A stretch of 64,000 nt of DNA from a virus (IMGVR_UViG_3300042691_029887:10845-74844), one strand, 5' to 3'; counted from the first letter of the stretch, positions 1 to 10,248 are shown. A program made the numbers and translations. Notes: generated from the sequence alone by a model not told the origin.

Positions 1-144
1 AATTGATCTCTTGTTACTGGTGCAAAGTCTACATATTCTAAAACATAGGCCATGCCTGAACAACCAGTGGTCTTAACACCTATTCGTATGCCTAAACCCT
101 TGCCCCTACGTTCTAAATTTTGTTTGATTTTAGATGCTGCAATT

Positions 145-534
145 TCAGTTAACAAGATCATGCTTTTCTTTATAATCTTTTATGGCCGCTTGAATCGCGT
201 CTTCAGCAAGAATTGAGCAATGTATTTTAACTGGGGGGAGTGCAAGCTCTGTGGCGATCTCAGAATTCTTAATAGATCCTGCTTCTGCCAACGTCTTACC
301 TTTGAGCCACTCCGTAACGAGTGATGAACTTGCGATTGCTGATCCACATCCGTAAGTTTTGAATTTCGCATCTTCAATGATTCCTTCATCGTTTACCTTT
401 ATTTGTAATTTCATTACATCACCACAGGCAGGTGCTCCTACCATACCAGTACCAATGTTAGCATCATTTTTGTCAAAGCTACCAACGTTGCGAGGGTTCT
501 CGTAGTGATCTATAACTTTGTCGCTGTACGCCAT
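145..534 (-). CDS. iscU: Fe-S cluster assembly scaffold protein IscU/NifU-like
   Basis: 129 aa; conserved IscU Cys motifs [24 protein letters not shown] and LPPVK. Confidence 0.92.
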   Translation of the reverse strand: MAYSDKVIDHYENPRNVGSFDKNDANIGTGMVGAPACGDVMKLQIKVNDEGIIEDAKFKTYGCGSAIASSSLVTEWLKGKTLAEAGSIKNSEIATELALPPVKIHCSILAEDAIQAAIKDYKEKHDLVN

Positions 535-547
535 ATCTTATTCCTAA

Positions 548-877
548 TTAAACTGAAAAACTGCTACCACATCCGCAGGTAGTCTGAGCGTTTGGATTCT
601 TAATTGTAAAACTATTACCAGTCAAATCCTCAGTGTAATTGATCTCTGCGCCGATTAGATACTGATAACTCATAGAATCTACTAATATTTTAACACCAGA
701 TTTTTCTATCACAAAATCGTCCTCATTTTGTTCTTCATCAAAAGTAAATCCGTATTGAAATCCTGAGCATCCGCCACCTTGGACAAATGTTCTTAATTTT
801 AAATTAGGATTATTTTCTTCTGCTAACAAATCGGCAATTTTTGTCACTGCTGATTCTGTAACTATAATTGACTCCAT
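548..877 (-). CDS. iscA: IscA/HesB/ErpA-family Fe-S cluster insertion (A-type carrier) protein
   Basis: 109 aa; family-typical C-terminal CGCGSSF motif; immediately upstream of iscU. Confidence 0.85.
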   Translation of the reverse strand: MESIIVTESAVTKIADLLAEENNPNLKLRTFVQGGGCSGFQYGFTFDEEQNEDDFVIEKSGVKILVDSMSYQYLIGAEINYTEDLTGNSFTIKNPNAQTTCGCGSSFSV

Positions 878-878
878 A

Positions 879-1436
879 TCAAGTTCCTAATCTAATGTTA
901 ACAACGTCCCAGTCTATGATACGCCATATATTTGCAAGATATTTGGCTTTATCTTGCTGGTAATCTAATGCCCAGGCATGTTCCCAAGCATCTATTAATA
1001 GTGCGATTTTCATATTCTTTTTGTATTCGTGATTATGTATAGTGTGTAGTTTTCCAGAGGTATCCATATAAATCCAATTAGACCCTTGTGCTACCATAAA
1101 TTCTTTTTCAAAAGCATCTTTAAACTTTTCAAAACTACCATATACTTCATCTATTGTTGTCTTAGAAGTGCCATTTGGTTTGTTTGCTGCTCTGGCAGGG
1201 GCCAGATTGCCAAAAAACAAATTATGTAAAATAGCGCCGCCGTAGTTAAAGTCAGCATCACCTTCTCCTTTGTTGTAACGTTCGTAGTATTTGGCTGCTA
1301 ATCCATCGTAATGATATTTTATAGTAGCCTCACTCATAACAGGATCAAGCTCATTTTTGCTGTATTTGAGCCTGTTCTGATTAATTTCTCTAATGTCCGA
1401 AGACTCTTTTAAACTTTTAATAAATCTCATATTCAT
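879..1436 (-). CDS. Fe/Mn superoxide dismutase
   Basis: 185 aa; N-terminal HHDKHH-like region ([11 protein letters not shown]...) and C-terminal DAWEHAW..Y metal-ligand motif. Confidence 0.88.
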   Translation of the reverse strand: MNMRFIKSLKESSDIREINQNRLKYSKNELDPVMSEATIKYHYDGLAAKYYERYNKGEGDADFNYGGAILHNLFFGNLAPARAANKPNGTSKTTIDEVYGSFEKFKDAFEKEFMVAQGSNWIYMDTSGKLHTIHNHEYKKNMKIALLIDAWEHAWALDYQQDKAKYLANIWRIIDWDVVNIRLGT

Positions 1437-1444
1437 AATGCTAT

Positions 1445-2449
1445 TTATTTTAATTTTTTTAAGTATTCTGCTAAATTAATCATATCGTCTTTGGTATTAT
1501 TATGATCCCATTTCACTTTAATCACTCCTTTAGTAGAGTACTGGAGTATGTATTCATCAATATCAAAAAACCCGAATTCTACATCAAAATCTTTTAAAAA
1601 ATCATAGTTCTTATCTAAATCCATATTATCAGTGTAAAAACTTATGATTCCGGCTTTATAATATTCTGGACATAAAATCTTAATGTGATCACAGTCCTGT
1701 AGTTCGCCTAGGAGAGTAGCACTTAATAGTAGATATTTTGTTTTAAGATCATCAACTCCTTGATCCAAAATATCAGTTAAACTTTCTATGACAAATGTTA
1801 AAAAATTAGAATTTATTTTTTCTAACTCTAATCTATTTGGTAACATAAGACTTTTGGTGCTTTTAGTAAAAATGGGGTTTAATTTTTCTAACTTTTTGTA
1901 ATCCCCGTATAAAAATCCTAATCCCTCGCCAACACCGATATTCTCAGAATCAAAGAACAAGAAATCTGTGGATTGATCTTGTACGTTTATAGGTTCACTG
2001 ACTATACTATCGTTACAGTTTAATACAGTAATACCTTCATATTTTTTAACTAAAGAAAATAGTTCTTTTATTGGTTGAAGGATGCCTGTAATTTCATTTA
2101 CATGCGATATGAAAAATAAAATTCTACCTTCAGAATTTTCTAAAAGTTCTTCTAAATGAGCTAAATCCAATGTCCCATTTTTGATGACATTAACACGTTC
2201 TAACGAGCAGTTACTTTTATTTTGTAAGTGTTGCAGTGCAGAAGTATATTTTGGTAATTCATTTTCAGGAAATAGTATAAGGTCTCTAGGCCTCCAAACT
2301 ATGCCCTGCGTAATAATATTGATCGAATGAATTGAATCTGCTGTAAAGATTATTTCATTTGATTTTCGTGCATTGATCAGTTGTTTGATTTTGTTTCTTA
2401 CAGTTTCTTTTAATTCTGAATTAACTGTTGAAAAATTCTTTGACTTCAT
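1445..2449 (-). CDS. aminotransferase class V / cysteine desulfurase (SufS/IscS)-like protein, probably degenerate (PLP lysine replaced)
   Basis: 334 aa; colinear with SufS/IscS fold (IIFTADS...; VNEITG...; GITVLNCNDSIV) but the SGHK PLP-Lys motif reads DSEN. Confidence 0.5.
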   Translation of the reverse strand: MKSKNFSTVNSELKETVRNKIKQLINARKSNEIIFTADSIHSINIITQGIVWRPRDLILFPENELPKYTSALQHLQNKSNCSLERVNVIKNGTLDLAHLEELLENSEGRILFFISHVNEITGILQPIKELFSLVKKYEGITVLNCNDSIVSEPINVQDQSTDFLFFDSENIGVGEGLGFLYGDYKKLEKLNPIFTKSTKSLMLPNRLELEKINSNFLTFVIESLTDILDQGVDDLKTKYLLLSATLLGELQDCDHIKILCPEYYKAGIISFYTDNMDLDKNYDFLKDFDVEFGFFDIDEYILQYSTKGVIKVKWDHNNTKDDMINLAEYLKKLK

Positions 2450-3245
2450 CTTTTAGATCTTCAAATTCAATTAAATTTAAAATTAAACCTCGATGTGATT
2501 CTAATAATATTTCTTTGGCTCTTTGAACTTCAATTCCTCTGGTTCTCAAGTACCACAATTGTTCCTCGTCAAATTCCCCAATACTACAACTATGATTAGC
2601 TTCTACTTTACCGCAGTCGATAGCTAACTGTGGTATACTAAATGCCTGTCCACTTTCGTCAGTAATAATACTTGCATTATTAATTTGTGTATAACTGTTT
2701 ATCATATCTTCTACGATTCTTACATGCCCTTGAAATACAGTTCTGCTCTCTTTTCCTGAAACGCAATTTACTATTTGATTGGTTTCGACATTAGGGCCTT
2801 CATGATGAATTTTTGATATAATTTCGCTACTACCACCTTCTGTATTTTCTGCGATTCCAAATATACTGATAGAACTATTTTCGCCAGCTGAACATTCAAA
2901 AATGTGTTTATTTAATTTTCCGTTTTTGATAAAAACGCCAATATTTAAATTTGAATCAGGTTGTGCTTCGATATGATACAAAAAAACTTGCTGGGTAGTT
3001 GAATCACCTTCACACAAAATAAACAAATTTAAGTTGCTAGATTCTTTACCTATAATCTGTAAATGTTTACATAATAGATCGGATTCAGTAGGATTTAATC
3101 TTAAAACAACACTGTCGTCTGTTCCTTCTTTTATCATTAAACAGTTAGCATCAATTACCTTAAACTGTTTTCCAAAATAATGATTAGGACTATAAGTCCA
3201 ATCCGGATCTCTTTCGTCAACTTTTAAAAAACTTTCAATAGCCAT
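2421..3245 (-). CDS. SufB/SufD-family Fe-S cluster assembly protein
   Basis: 274 aa; C-terminal GEFDEEQLWYLRTRGIEVQRAKEIL matches the conserved SufB/D motif (GqlDeEaLFYLrSRGi..eeA). Confidence 0.72.
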   Translation of the reverse strand: MAIESFLKVDERDPDWTYSPNHYFGKQFKVIDANCLMIKEGTDDSVVLRLNPTESDLLCKHLQIIGKESSNLNLFILCEGDSTTQQVFLYHIEAQPDSNLNIGVFIKNGKLNKHIFECSAGENSSISIFGIAENTEGGSSEIISKIHHEGPNVETNQIVNCVSGKESRTVFQGHVRIVEDMINSYTQINNASIITDESGQAFSIPQLAIDCGKVEANHSCSIGEFDEEQLWYLRTRGIEVQRAKEILLESHRGLILNLIEFEDLKDEVKEFFNS

Positions 3246-3948
3246 TAGTTCTTATCCTTTTAAGAATTTTTTTGTCACCTGTCTTAACTATTTTTCCATT
3301 AGACATTAAATGAACTTTAGTTGGCGATAGTGAATCTAGTATTTTTGTACTACTAGTGAATATTAGAACAATTTTATCATTGTTTTTTAGAAAATTTTGT
3401 ATTTCGTTAGATATAAATTTTACAGTATCCTCGTCAACACCATCTTCTAAATCGTCTATCAAAATTAATTCAGGATTAGAACTAATCATTTGAGCGATTT
3501 CATTTTTCTTTCTTTCAGAAGGAGTACTTCCTAAATTAAAATCTTTATCTTTCCATTCAGAACCTAACTCAAACTGTTTGATCAAATTTTTATAACTTTG
3601 TAAAATATCAGTTTTGCTCTTTGAATTTCTTTTTGTTTTTGACATTTCAACAATTAATGAAGAATTTGAAATCCCCAAAATATCAGGTGGATTTTGAAAA
3701 GAAAGAAAAATTCCTAAATTGTTTCTTTCTTCAGAATTTAGGTTAAAAATATTTTTTCTTTTAAAAGTGATTTTACCAGAATCAGCTCTATATCTAGGAT
3801 GCCCTGCAATAATATTACCTAGGGTACTTTTCCCACATCTTTTAGGCCCAATGATAGCATGGATTTCTCCGGGCGTTGCTTCTAAGTTAATATTTTCTAA
3901 TATTAAGATTCCATTTGAAGAGACGCTTACATTTTCTATTTTTAGCAT
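3235..3948 (-). CDS. sufC: SufC-like ABC ATPase of the Fe-S cluster assembly system
   Basis: 237 aa; Walker A GPKRCGKST, ABC signature, Walker B LILIDDLEDGVD; gene order sufC-sufD-sufS-like. Confidence 0.82.
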   Translation of the reverse strand: MLKIENVSVSSNGILILENINLEATPGEIHAIIGPKRCGKSTLGNIIAGHPRYRADSGKITFKRKNIFNLNSEERNNLGIFLSFQNPPDILGISNSSLIVEMSKTKRNSKSKTDILQSYKNLIKQFELGSEWKDKDFNLGSTPSERKKNEIAQMISSNPELILIDDLEDGVDEDTVKFISNEIQNFLKNNDKIVLIFTSSTKILDSLSPTKVHLMSNGKIVKTGDKKILKRIRTNGY

Positions 3949-4106
3949 TTGACTATTTTACCTTAATTATTATTTTTATAGTCTGTGTGTACACACTATT
4001 GTACGTTGTTTAACGGGTTAAGTCAATCTCCTTTTTTTGATACTTTCAAAATTTATTTATCGCTCTTAAACAAGGCATAATTAATAGACAAGGAGGTTAC
4101 GTAACC

Positions 4107-4463
4107 ATGGAAATTATTATTGCATTAATCGTAGTTGTTGTTTTTGGAGCTATGTTCTACTTCAATAGATCTAGTAATAGTCTAGACGTCAATTCTGACG
4201 GAAAAGTAGATTTAGCTGATGCCAAGACCGCTCTAGTAAACACTGTTTCTGGAGTCAAAAAAGCAGCTGATGCTGACGGTGACGGGAAAGTCACAGTTAA
4301 GGACGCTAAAGCAGCCGCTAAAAAGGTGAAGGAATCAGCAGCCAAAACCGTAGCAAAAGCAAAAACAAAAGTAGCTACCAAAACTGCTGCCAAAGCAAAA
4401 CCAAAAACTGCTAAAGTAGCAACAGCAAAACCCAAGACTACCAGAAAAAAGAAGGAAGTCTAA
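4107..4463 (+). CDS. small membrane-anchored protein with two dockerin/EF-hand-like DxDxDGKV motifs and a histone-H1-like Lys/Ala-rich tail
   Basis: 118 aa; strong RBS AGGAGG 8 nt upstream; N-terminal TM helix; motifs DVNSDGKVDLAD and DADGDGKVTVKD; KA-rich C-terminus; followed by a hairpin terminator. Confidence 0.7.
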   Translation: MEIIIALIVVVVFGAMFYFNRSSNSLDVNSDGKVDLADAKTALVNTVSGVKKAADADGDGKVTVKDAKAAAKKVKESAAKTVAKAKTKVATKTAAKAKPKTAKVATAKPKTTRKKKEV

Positions 4464-4469
4464 TAAAAA

Positions 4470-4496
4470 CGAAAAGGGCGTAAGCCCTTTTTGTTT
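4470..4496. terminator. bidirectional intrinsic terminator hairpin (AAGGGC-GTAA-GCCCTT flanked by A/T runs)
   Basis: perfect 6-bp GC-rich stem with GNRA loop, T-run downstream on the plus strand and A-run upstream, lying between convergent genes. Confidence 0.7.
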
Positions 4497-4499
4497 GAG

Positions 4500-4691
4500 T
4501 TAATTTTCTAGTAGTTTTTTAGATTTTGTGATTTCGTCCAAAGTCTTTAATTTTTTCTTTTTTAAATAGTTTACTAGTGCATCATCTTTGTATCTAGAGT
4601 GATCTTCTTGAATTTGCTTATCTAAGTCATCATGTAATTTCTGTAAGTAAGCTATTCGATTGTTTATCTTTACTGAGGTTAGATTTTTCAT
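4500..4691 (-). CDS. hypothetical protein (start uncertain)
   Basis: ORF directly after the terminator; Lys-rich; 5' end overlaps the uvdE-like gene. Confidence 0.3.
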   Translation of the reverse strand: MKNLTSVKINNRIAYLQKLHDDLDKQIQEDHSRYKDDALVNYLKKKKLKTLDEITKSKKLLEN

Positions 4692-5712
4692 TTGATACTC
4701 CTGTAAAATATTTGTGTAATTCAAATGATGCAAGATTTTTGGCTTTACTTTCACACATGACGTCTGCCCATTGCCAGTGTGTAGCTGCCCAACTATTTAC
4801 TGCATCATTCCAATAGAAGTTAGAATGTGCTCGTAATTTTGCTTTCTTATGTCCTGATTCTAGGAGGGCCTGAAGAGCGGGACGGGTGTGTCCGGGATGT
4901 TCTCCAAGTAAATTTTCCCTAGAAACAGAGTAGTGTATGACAGGACGCACACCGCGCCAACTATCAATAATCCTTTTAATACGGTCGTCATTTTCTTCAA
5001 TATATTCTCCTGTGTGTATCCAATGATGGTGTATGTCTAGCACCAAAGCGAGATCGTTTGCCAATTCGAGGCTGGCGTCGATTCCCCAACTGATTTCGTC
5101 GTTTTCGATAGTAATACAGTTTCTCGCTTCTGGTGAGAGACGCCTAAGTGCGGCTTTGATACCGGCTGGACCGGCTCTACCCGCGATGTGGACATTGATT
5201 TTAAAGTCCTGGAACGATGTGCCATAGCCCATCCATCTAACCATATCTGCATGATATTCAAACTCCTCTATACTACGCTGAACAATATCAGCATTGTCAC
5301 TTGCCAACACAGTGAATTGACCAGGATGAAAACTAAGCCGAACGTTACGGGCTCTAGCAATATCTCCCACTTCTCTAAAATGTTTGCTGGCATAATCCTG
5401 TACATCAGCTTGACGCCAAAACCAGCACCAATCGCGCTGAGTATACACAGGAAGAAGGTCACTGCTAAGACGTACCATACGTAGCTCATTATCTAAATTA
5501 CCTACTCTTTCTACTAATAGTCTAGTTGATTCAATGTTTTGTTTTACCAATGACCAAAGTTTTTCAACGGCAACGTCTTTACTTTGTCTATTTAACCAAG
5601 ATACTGTAGTAGCACCGGTATTGTATTTTTTACAGTCATCTTTGGGGCTGATTCCATCTACTTGATCAGGGCGATCAATCCATTTACAGGCGAAACCGAT
5701 ACGTTTAGTCAT
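4630..5712 (-). CDS. uvdE: UV damage endonuclease (UvdE family, TIM-barrel)
   Basis: Start chosen at MTKRIGFAC; UvdE-like motifs RIGFAC, ENDEISWG, LDIHHHW, HSNFYWNDA. Confidence 0.68.
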   Translation of the reverse strand: MTKRIGFACKWIDRPDQVDGISPKDDCKKYNTGATTVSWLNRQSKDVAVEKLWSLVKQNIESTRLLVERVGNLDNELRMVRLSSDLLPVYTQRDWCWFWRQADVQDYASKHFREVGDIARARNVRLSFHPGQFTVLASDNADIVQRSIEEFEYHADMVRWMGYGTSFQDFKINVHIAGRAGPAGIKAALRRLSPEARNCITIENDEISWGIDASLELANDLALVLDIHHHWIHTGEYIEENDDRIKRIIDSWRGVRPVIHYSVSRENLLGEHPGHTRPALQALLESGHKKAKLRAHSNFYWNDAVNSWAATHWQWADVMCESKAKNLASFELHKYFTGVSNEKSNLSKDKQSNSLLTEIT

Positions 5713-5965
5713 GATGAATAATAAGAAAGGACATAAAGCTATTATAGCAGTATGCCCTTTGTTTGTCAAGGATAAATCTACCAATGTCTAATTACATTAG
5801 CGATGATAAAAAAGCAAGTTATGATGTGTATTATTACCCAAAATGTTTTGAAAAATAATGCTATCCTTGCTTCTCTAACCGTTAAAATGGGAATATCTGG
5901 ACGATCATCGTCAGTTTTTCCCATTAAGTGCCCAGTTGCCCGAGCCCAGATTTTTTCAAAACTGT

Positions 5966-6481
5966 TCATCCTTCGTATGTAGCTGAGTTAGCACCGTGTT
6001 CAAATACTTCAACTGATTTAACTCTTACTGTTGGATTAATTGGATAGCGCATTGTGCCTGATGCTAATAGTTCAGCCATTTTGTCAAAACACATTTTAGC
6101 AAACATTTCGCAACCTACACCATCTACTACTCGCAAATCACAAATCGCACCACGTTCGTGTGGAACATTGCTGTCTGGATTTGCAGAACCCATGTTAACT
6201 GTTGATGCAAGGTGTTTAAAAACATCTAGCATTGGATCGTCTTTGGCAACAACCAGTGTATGATCAAACATGTGATCGGCCCATGCTTTGAATTCTTTAA
6301 GACCGCCAAAGTCCATACACCAGTTTTTGTCATCTAGTGTGTCACATTCAAATACAAGTTTGATACCAATCGAGTATCCGTGCAGTGTTGAGCAATGACT
6401 GTGTGTTGCTCTCCACTGTCTAAAACAGCATGACAGCCCTCTGTCGTTACCGTAAGTTTTTGTTGAATAAAATTTTGCCAT
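5966..6481 (-). CDS. 6-pyruvoyl-tetrahydropterin synthase / QueD-family protein
   Basis: 171 aa; CxxxHG(Y) zinc-site-like motif CSTLHGY plus downstream E/D/H residues typical of the PTPS fold. Confidence 0.5.
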   Translation of the reverse strand: MAKFYSTKTYGNDRGLSCCFRQWRATHSHCSTLHGYSIGIKLVFECDTLDDKNWCMDFGGLKEFKAWADHMFDHTLVVAKDDPMLDVFKHLASTVNMGSANPDSNVPHERGAICDLRVVDGVGCEMFAKMCFDKMAELLASGTMRYPINPTVRVKSVEVFEHGANSATYEG

Positions 6482-6582
6482 TGTTATCTCCTCAAAGTTA
6501 GCAATGGCATGCAGAATATTTAAAGAGGGATGAATGCCTAAAGTCCTCTGTGTGTACTATTTTACATGAAATATTTATTATG

Positions 6583-6897
6583 TCAATCTTTTTTGGAAAT
6601 TTTCTTTATATCCATTTTGACATGAGATATTTCTTCTGACATCTGTTTGAGCATGGTGTAAAATTCTTTATGACTGATCAGTAGTGATTGGAATATTTTC
6701 AAAGTCCAAAGCCACCATATCAAGCAAGTAATGACGAATAAAAACCAACCAATTATCATTACTGTCATTGTTTGATTTAAAATAAAATGGAATGCGATAA
6801 AGATTACTAAAAAGAAAGCAGGGGTGATAATGCCGTAAAATTTCCATGCTGATGCCTGTGCGCCTAATTGTTCGAATTTTTCTAAAATTTTTTTCAT
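6583..6897 (-). CDS. hypothetical membrane protein
   Basis: 104 aa, three predicted TM helices. Confidence 0.45.
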   Translation of the reverse strand: MKKILEKFEQLGAQASAWKFYGIITPAFFLVIFIAFHFILNQTMTVMIIGWFLFVITCLIWWLWTLKIFQSLLISHKEFYTMLKQMSEEISHVKMDIKKISKKD

Positions 6898-6900
6898 GAT

Positions 6901-7980
6901 TTATTCCTGTATTATGCCAAATTGTAGCCATTTGCCGGGAGACCCTGAAACAACACAGACCCACCCAATCGGCGAATTTGTCTGTGGATTTTCGTTCCAA
7001 ACTATGTCTCCTCTTTTATAGTTACCTTTATTTGGAGGAGAATTATCTACCATGAAAAGTTTTCCAGAAATTTTTATACTGCCTCGTATGTCTAAATCAA
7101 CTTCGGGATTTTTAACATTAATACCTACTTTCCCCCATACTCTTGTGGTGACGTCTTCTTTATATTCATTGCCAATAGTTAATACTCCTTTTGGCTCTAA
7201 AGTGATCAATGTAAGATCACCGACGGTTAAATCAAATGGTCTGTTATTAAAAGTTCCTATTCGAGCCCTACCATTATCTACATCAATATTCATGATAACA
7301 TCTTGTTCGATGTCACTGATAGTAATGGTACCTACTGGTTGTTCGGTATTGATAGCTATTCTTTGTTGATCAGAACTGAATCGCACAAATTCAGATAAGT
7401 TCACATCTCCAGTTACATTTAAACTGTGTAATGTGCCAACTTCTCTTAGGCTACTTTTTCTTATTGTAGATCCTAATGTATTTTTGTTTAGTACATCTAC
7501 ACCATCTATTTTGTAAGATTTTTCTGGCGGCAAATCAAAATTTTCTGTAGAAAAGAATCTATCTGGATTATTTTTAAAAACAAATAGTTTGGTATAGTCT
7601 CTACCCTTCCAAATCAATCCACTGCCGTTGGGATTAACAGAAACATCTATAGGCTGAAATTCCAGATACATTTTATCATATGTTCTATCTGAAACCAATT
7701 CTGTGACTTTTAATTTTTCTATTCTTAATTCACCAGTAACGTGAAGATTGCCTAGTAATTGTACATCACCGTCAATTCTTTTAGTTTCGATTATATCTAC
7801 TTCTATTTTATTGTCTTTAATAACTAAAGAAGTTTTAGTAGATTGATCAGATATTCCTGTACTGGAAAAGGAAGAGACGCAACCTCCGGAAATTAAATCT
7901 CCGGAGATTTCGCCATTATTGATGTTTAATTGATTAAACTTTATATTTTTTAATAATTCACTACTGTTAAATGCTGGCAT
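6901..7980 (-). CDS. hypothetical protein (beta-rich, possibly structural)
   Basis: 359 aa ORF, ATGA-coupled to clpP; no recognisable motif. Confidence 0.5.
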   Translation of the reverse strand: MPAFNSSELLKNIKFNQLNINNGEISGDLISGGCVSSFSSTGISDQSTKTSLVIKDNKIEVDIIETKRIDGDVQLLGNLHVTGELRIEKLKVTELVSDRTYDKMYLEFQPIDVSVNPNGSGLIWKGRDYTKLFVFKNNPDRFFSTENFDLPPEKSYKIDGVDVLNKNTLGSTIRKSSLREVGTLHSLNVTGDVNLSEFVRFSSDQQRIAINTEQPVGTITISDIEQDVIMNIDVDNGRARIGTFNNRPFDLTVGDLTLITLEPKGVLTIGNEYKEDVTTRVWGKVGINVKNPEVDLDIRGSIKISGKLFMVDNSPPNKGNYKRGDIVWNENPQTNSPIGWVCVVSGSPGKWLQFGIIQE

Positions 7981-8566
7981 TTGGTCGTTTATCTACTATA
8001 TGATCCACTAGTCCGTAATCTAAGGACTCTTGTGCATTCATATACTTATCACGCTCCATATCCAAGCTCAGTTGATCAAAAGTTTTTTCTTTGCTGTTGT
8101 GTTTAACATAAATTCCTGTCAGCTCTTTTTTGATCTTTAGTATTTCTTCAACTTGAATCTGCATGTCTGTAGCCTGCCCTCGGGCACCACCACTAGGTTG
8201 ATGTATCATGTGTCGAGCATTAGGCAACATATATCGTTTTCCTGGAGTGCCTGATTGTGCTAACAAACTGCCCATACTACAGGCCTGTCCCATGACATAT
8301 GTACAGACATCAGGTTTAATGAATTGCATGGTATCATAGATACTCATACCTGCAGTAACTACTCCGCCAGGACTATTGATATACATGTGTATATCACCTT
8401 CCCCTTCACTTTCTAAGAACAGTAATTGCGCTACAATTAAATTAGCCATGTAATCTTCAACTTGTCCATTTAAAAAGATTACACGATCTTTCAATAGACG
8501 ACTATAGATATCATAGGAACGCTCACCTTGACTACTTTTTTCTACTACGATTGGTACTAAACTCAT
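7967..8566 (-). CDS. clpP: ATP-dependent Clp protease proteolytic subunit ClpP
   Basis: 199 aa; ClpP motifs INSPGG, catalytic Ser in GQACSMGS, His in MIHQP. Confidence 0.93.
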   Translation of the reverse strand: MSLVPIVVEKSSQGERSYDIYSRLLKDRVIFLNGQVEDYMANLIVAQLLFLESEGEGDIHMYINSPGGVVTAGMSIYDTMQFIKPDVCTYVMGQACSMGSLLAQSGTPGKRYMLPNARHMIHQPSGGARGQATDMQIQVEEILKIKKELTGIYVKHNSKEKTFDQLSLDMERDKYMNAQESLDYGLVDHIVDKRPNASI

Positions 8567-8853
8567 TGATTTTCTCCTAAAATTTTGACAAGATTACGTT
8601 TTTCTTCTTGATATTTGTTCCAAGAACGTTTGATTCCAGAATAGATAAGCAAATAACCTATCCAATAAAATACTATTAGGCATGCCAAGAAGAGTCTACT
8701 AATAGCTTCTATAGTTGTGCCTTTGTCTGCGCTAAAAAACATTGATGTAAAGAAGCAGGTAAAAATCCATCCCCATTGCCAACTATCCCAAGATTTCACA
8801 TCAGCAACAATTTTACGCCAACACCATTTAAGAAAATATATTTTTTCACTCAT
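8563..8853 (-). CDS. hypothetical membrane protein
   Basis: 96 aa, TM helices, overlaps clpP by 4 nt. Confidence 0.45.
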   Translation of the reverse strand: MSEKIYFLKWCWRKIVADVKSWDSWQWGWIFTCFFTSMFFSADKGTTIEAISRLFLACLIVFYWIGYLLIYSGIKRSWNKYQEEKRNLVKILGENQ

Positions 8854-9296
8854 TGATACTTGTCATCCAAATCTACGTTAGATAATCCGGCCACTAATTG
8901 AAAGTTTTCCCATGCTTTTTGAGCGGCAGGATTGGTTTCTAATTCACTGCTAGGCAACACAGTCTCTAACCAAATTTCTGATCGACGAACAGGATAAGCT
9001 CCAAACTGTCTAGGTTGATGTAGCTTACCACTTTCCCAAAGTTCAATGCTTACTTTTCGATACTTTTCTTCATCTTCATCAGAAGTTCCATACCATTCTG
9101 GGTTACTTCCACCAAACATACCTCGAACTGGGTCGCTGTTTGAACCTCCACAATAACCAACCCAAATACCTTGCCATTGCTTATCATCACGTGGATCAAA
9201 ATCTGTACGAGCAATGATTATCAGTATGTCGTCGATCTCTACTTTGCCTTCGATAATATCTCGAATACATCTACTATAGCTAAGTCCAATTTTCAT
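8850..9296 (-). CDS. hypothetical protein
   Basis: 148 aa ORF in an operon with 4-nt overlaps. Confidence 0.45.
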   Translation of the reverse strand: MKIGLSYSRCIRDIIEGKVEIDDILIIIARTDFDPRDDKQWQGIWVGYCGGSNSDPVRGMFGGSNPEWYGTSDEDEEKYRKVSIELWESGKLHQPRQFGAYPVRRSEIWLETVLPSSELETNPAAQKAWENFQLVAGLSNVDLDDKYQ

Positions 9297-9563
9297 TTAT
9301 TTTCCTTCTTTAGGTATATTGATATCAGCTTTGTACTGACTTTCAATACTGTTTTTTACTTCTGGGCTAGGATATTTGATATTACTTTCTACAGTAAGTC
9401 CAAATGCTTGTCGAATATTTTTACGATCTGCTTGACTGCCGCATATTTGAGCACATTCTTCTGCTACCAGAGCAACTACAAACTCAATTCGATGTTGGCA
9501 TTCTTCAGTGATATACTTGTGTGTTCCAGAATCTTCTATTAGTTTTTTAAGTCTACTATTCAT
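9297..9563 (-). CDS. hypothetical protein
   Basis: 88 aa. Confidence 0.4.
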   Translation of the reverse strand: MNSRLKKLIEDSGTHKYITEECQHRIEFVVALVAEECAQICGSQADRKNIRQAFGLTVESNIKYPSPEVKNSIESQYKADINIPKEGK

Positions 9564-9780
9564 ATTCTACCTTTAGTATTCTCTATTTGAGTAGTAACAC
9601 AAGTTCCTTCCATCTCCCTAATTTCACCTTTACCAGCTTTCTTTACTAATTGTATCATATGTTGTTTTTGTTTTTCTAATGAAATTCTGCATTTAGTTTC
9701 GGAGGTATAATGTATATCAGGCGACATAAATTCACAATTAGCGTTAATACAAATCCATAATACAGGAATAAAAATTTCAA

Positions 9781-10014
9781 TCATTCTTTAACTCCGAAAT
9801 GTCTTTTGATTGCAGAACTACATTCTCTAGCAAACATAGCAGTAGGAGCCTCATCGTGTAGAAATCTTCCACCTTCTACAACTCCTACACATTCTTTCAC
9901 AATCAACTCAACGAACTTTTCCATAGTGCGTTCCCATTTAGTTCTATCTAGGCCGAGACCATAAATCTCAAGTCCAGACTCTTTTTCAAATTGTCGAATT
10001 TTTTCGTTCATCAT
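9781..10014 (-). CDS. small protein, MNERI...FGVEE paralog family member 1
   Basis: 77 aa; N-terminal MMNEKIRQFE, central ELIVKEC, C-terminal HFGVKE. Confidence 0.55.
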   Translation of the reverse strand: MMNEKIRQFEKESGLEIYGLGLDRTKWERTMEKFVELIVKECVGVVEGGRFLHDEAPTAMFARECSSAIKRHFGVKE

Positions 10015-10248
10015 AATGCCTATTATCGTAGAATATAAAATCCAAATTGTAACTTAAAAGTTCTATATCAAAATTGAATCCTGCATGGTCTTGTTTGAAT
10101 CCTGTGATACCAAAAGAACCACCAATAATTGCATTGGTGCGATACAACCCAATCTCAATTGTTTTATTCTTAGACACTGGAAAAACCCAGTCTTTAAGCA
10201 TCCTATGTAATTGCTGGAAAGGATTGCGAATAGCAAAGCCAATATAAA

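Noticed and set aside
3719-3952. 77-aa plus-strand ORF
   Set aside because: Antisense to sufC, which has clear Walker motifs.
4020-4106. Sigma70 promoter for the 4107..4463 gene
   Set aside because: Only a weak -10-like CATAAT (4077-4082) with no acceptable -35 at 16-18 nt spacing; not reported as a feature.
4157-4435. 92-aa minus-strand ORF
   Set aside because: Antisense to the well-supported KA-rich gene (strong RBS and terminator); an Ala/Leu-rich mirror frame of the Lys/Ala codons.
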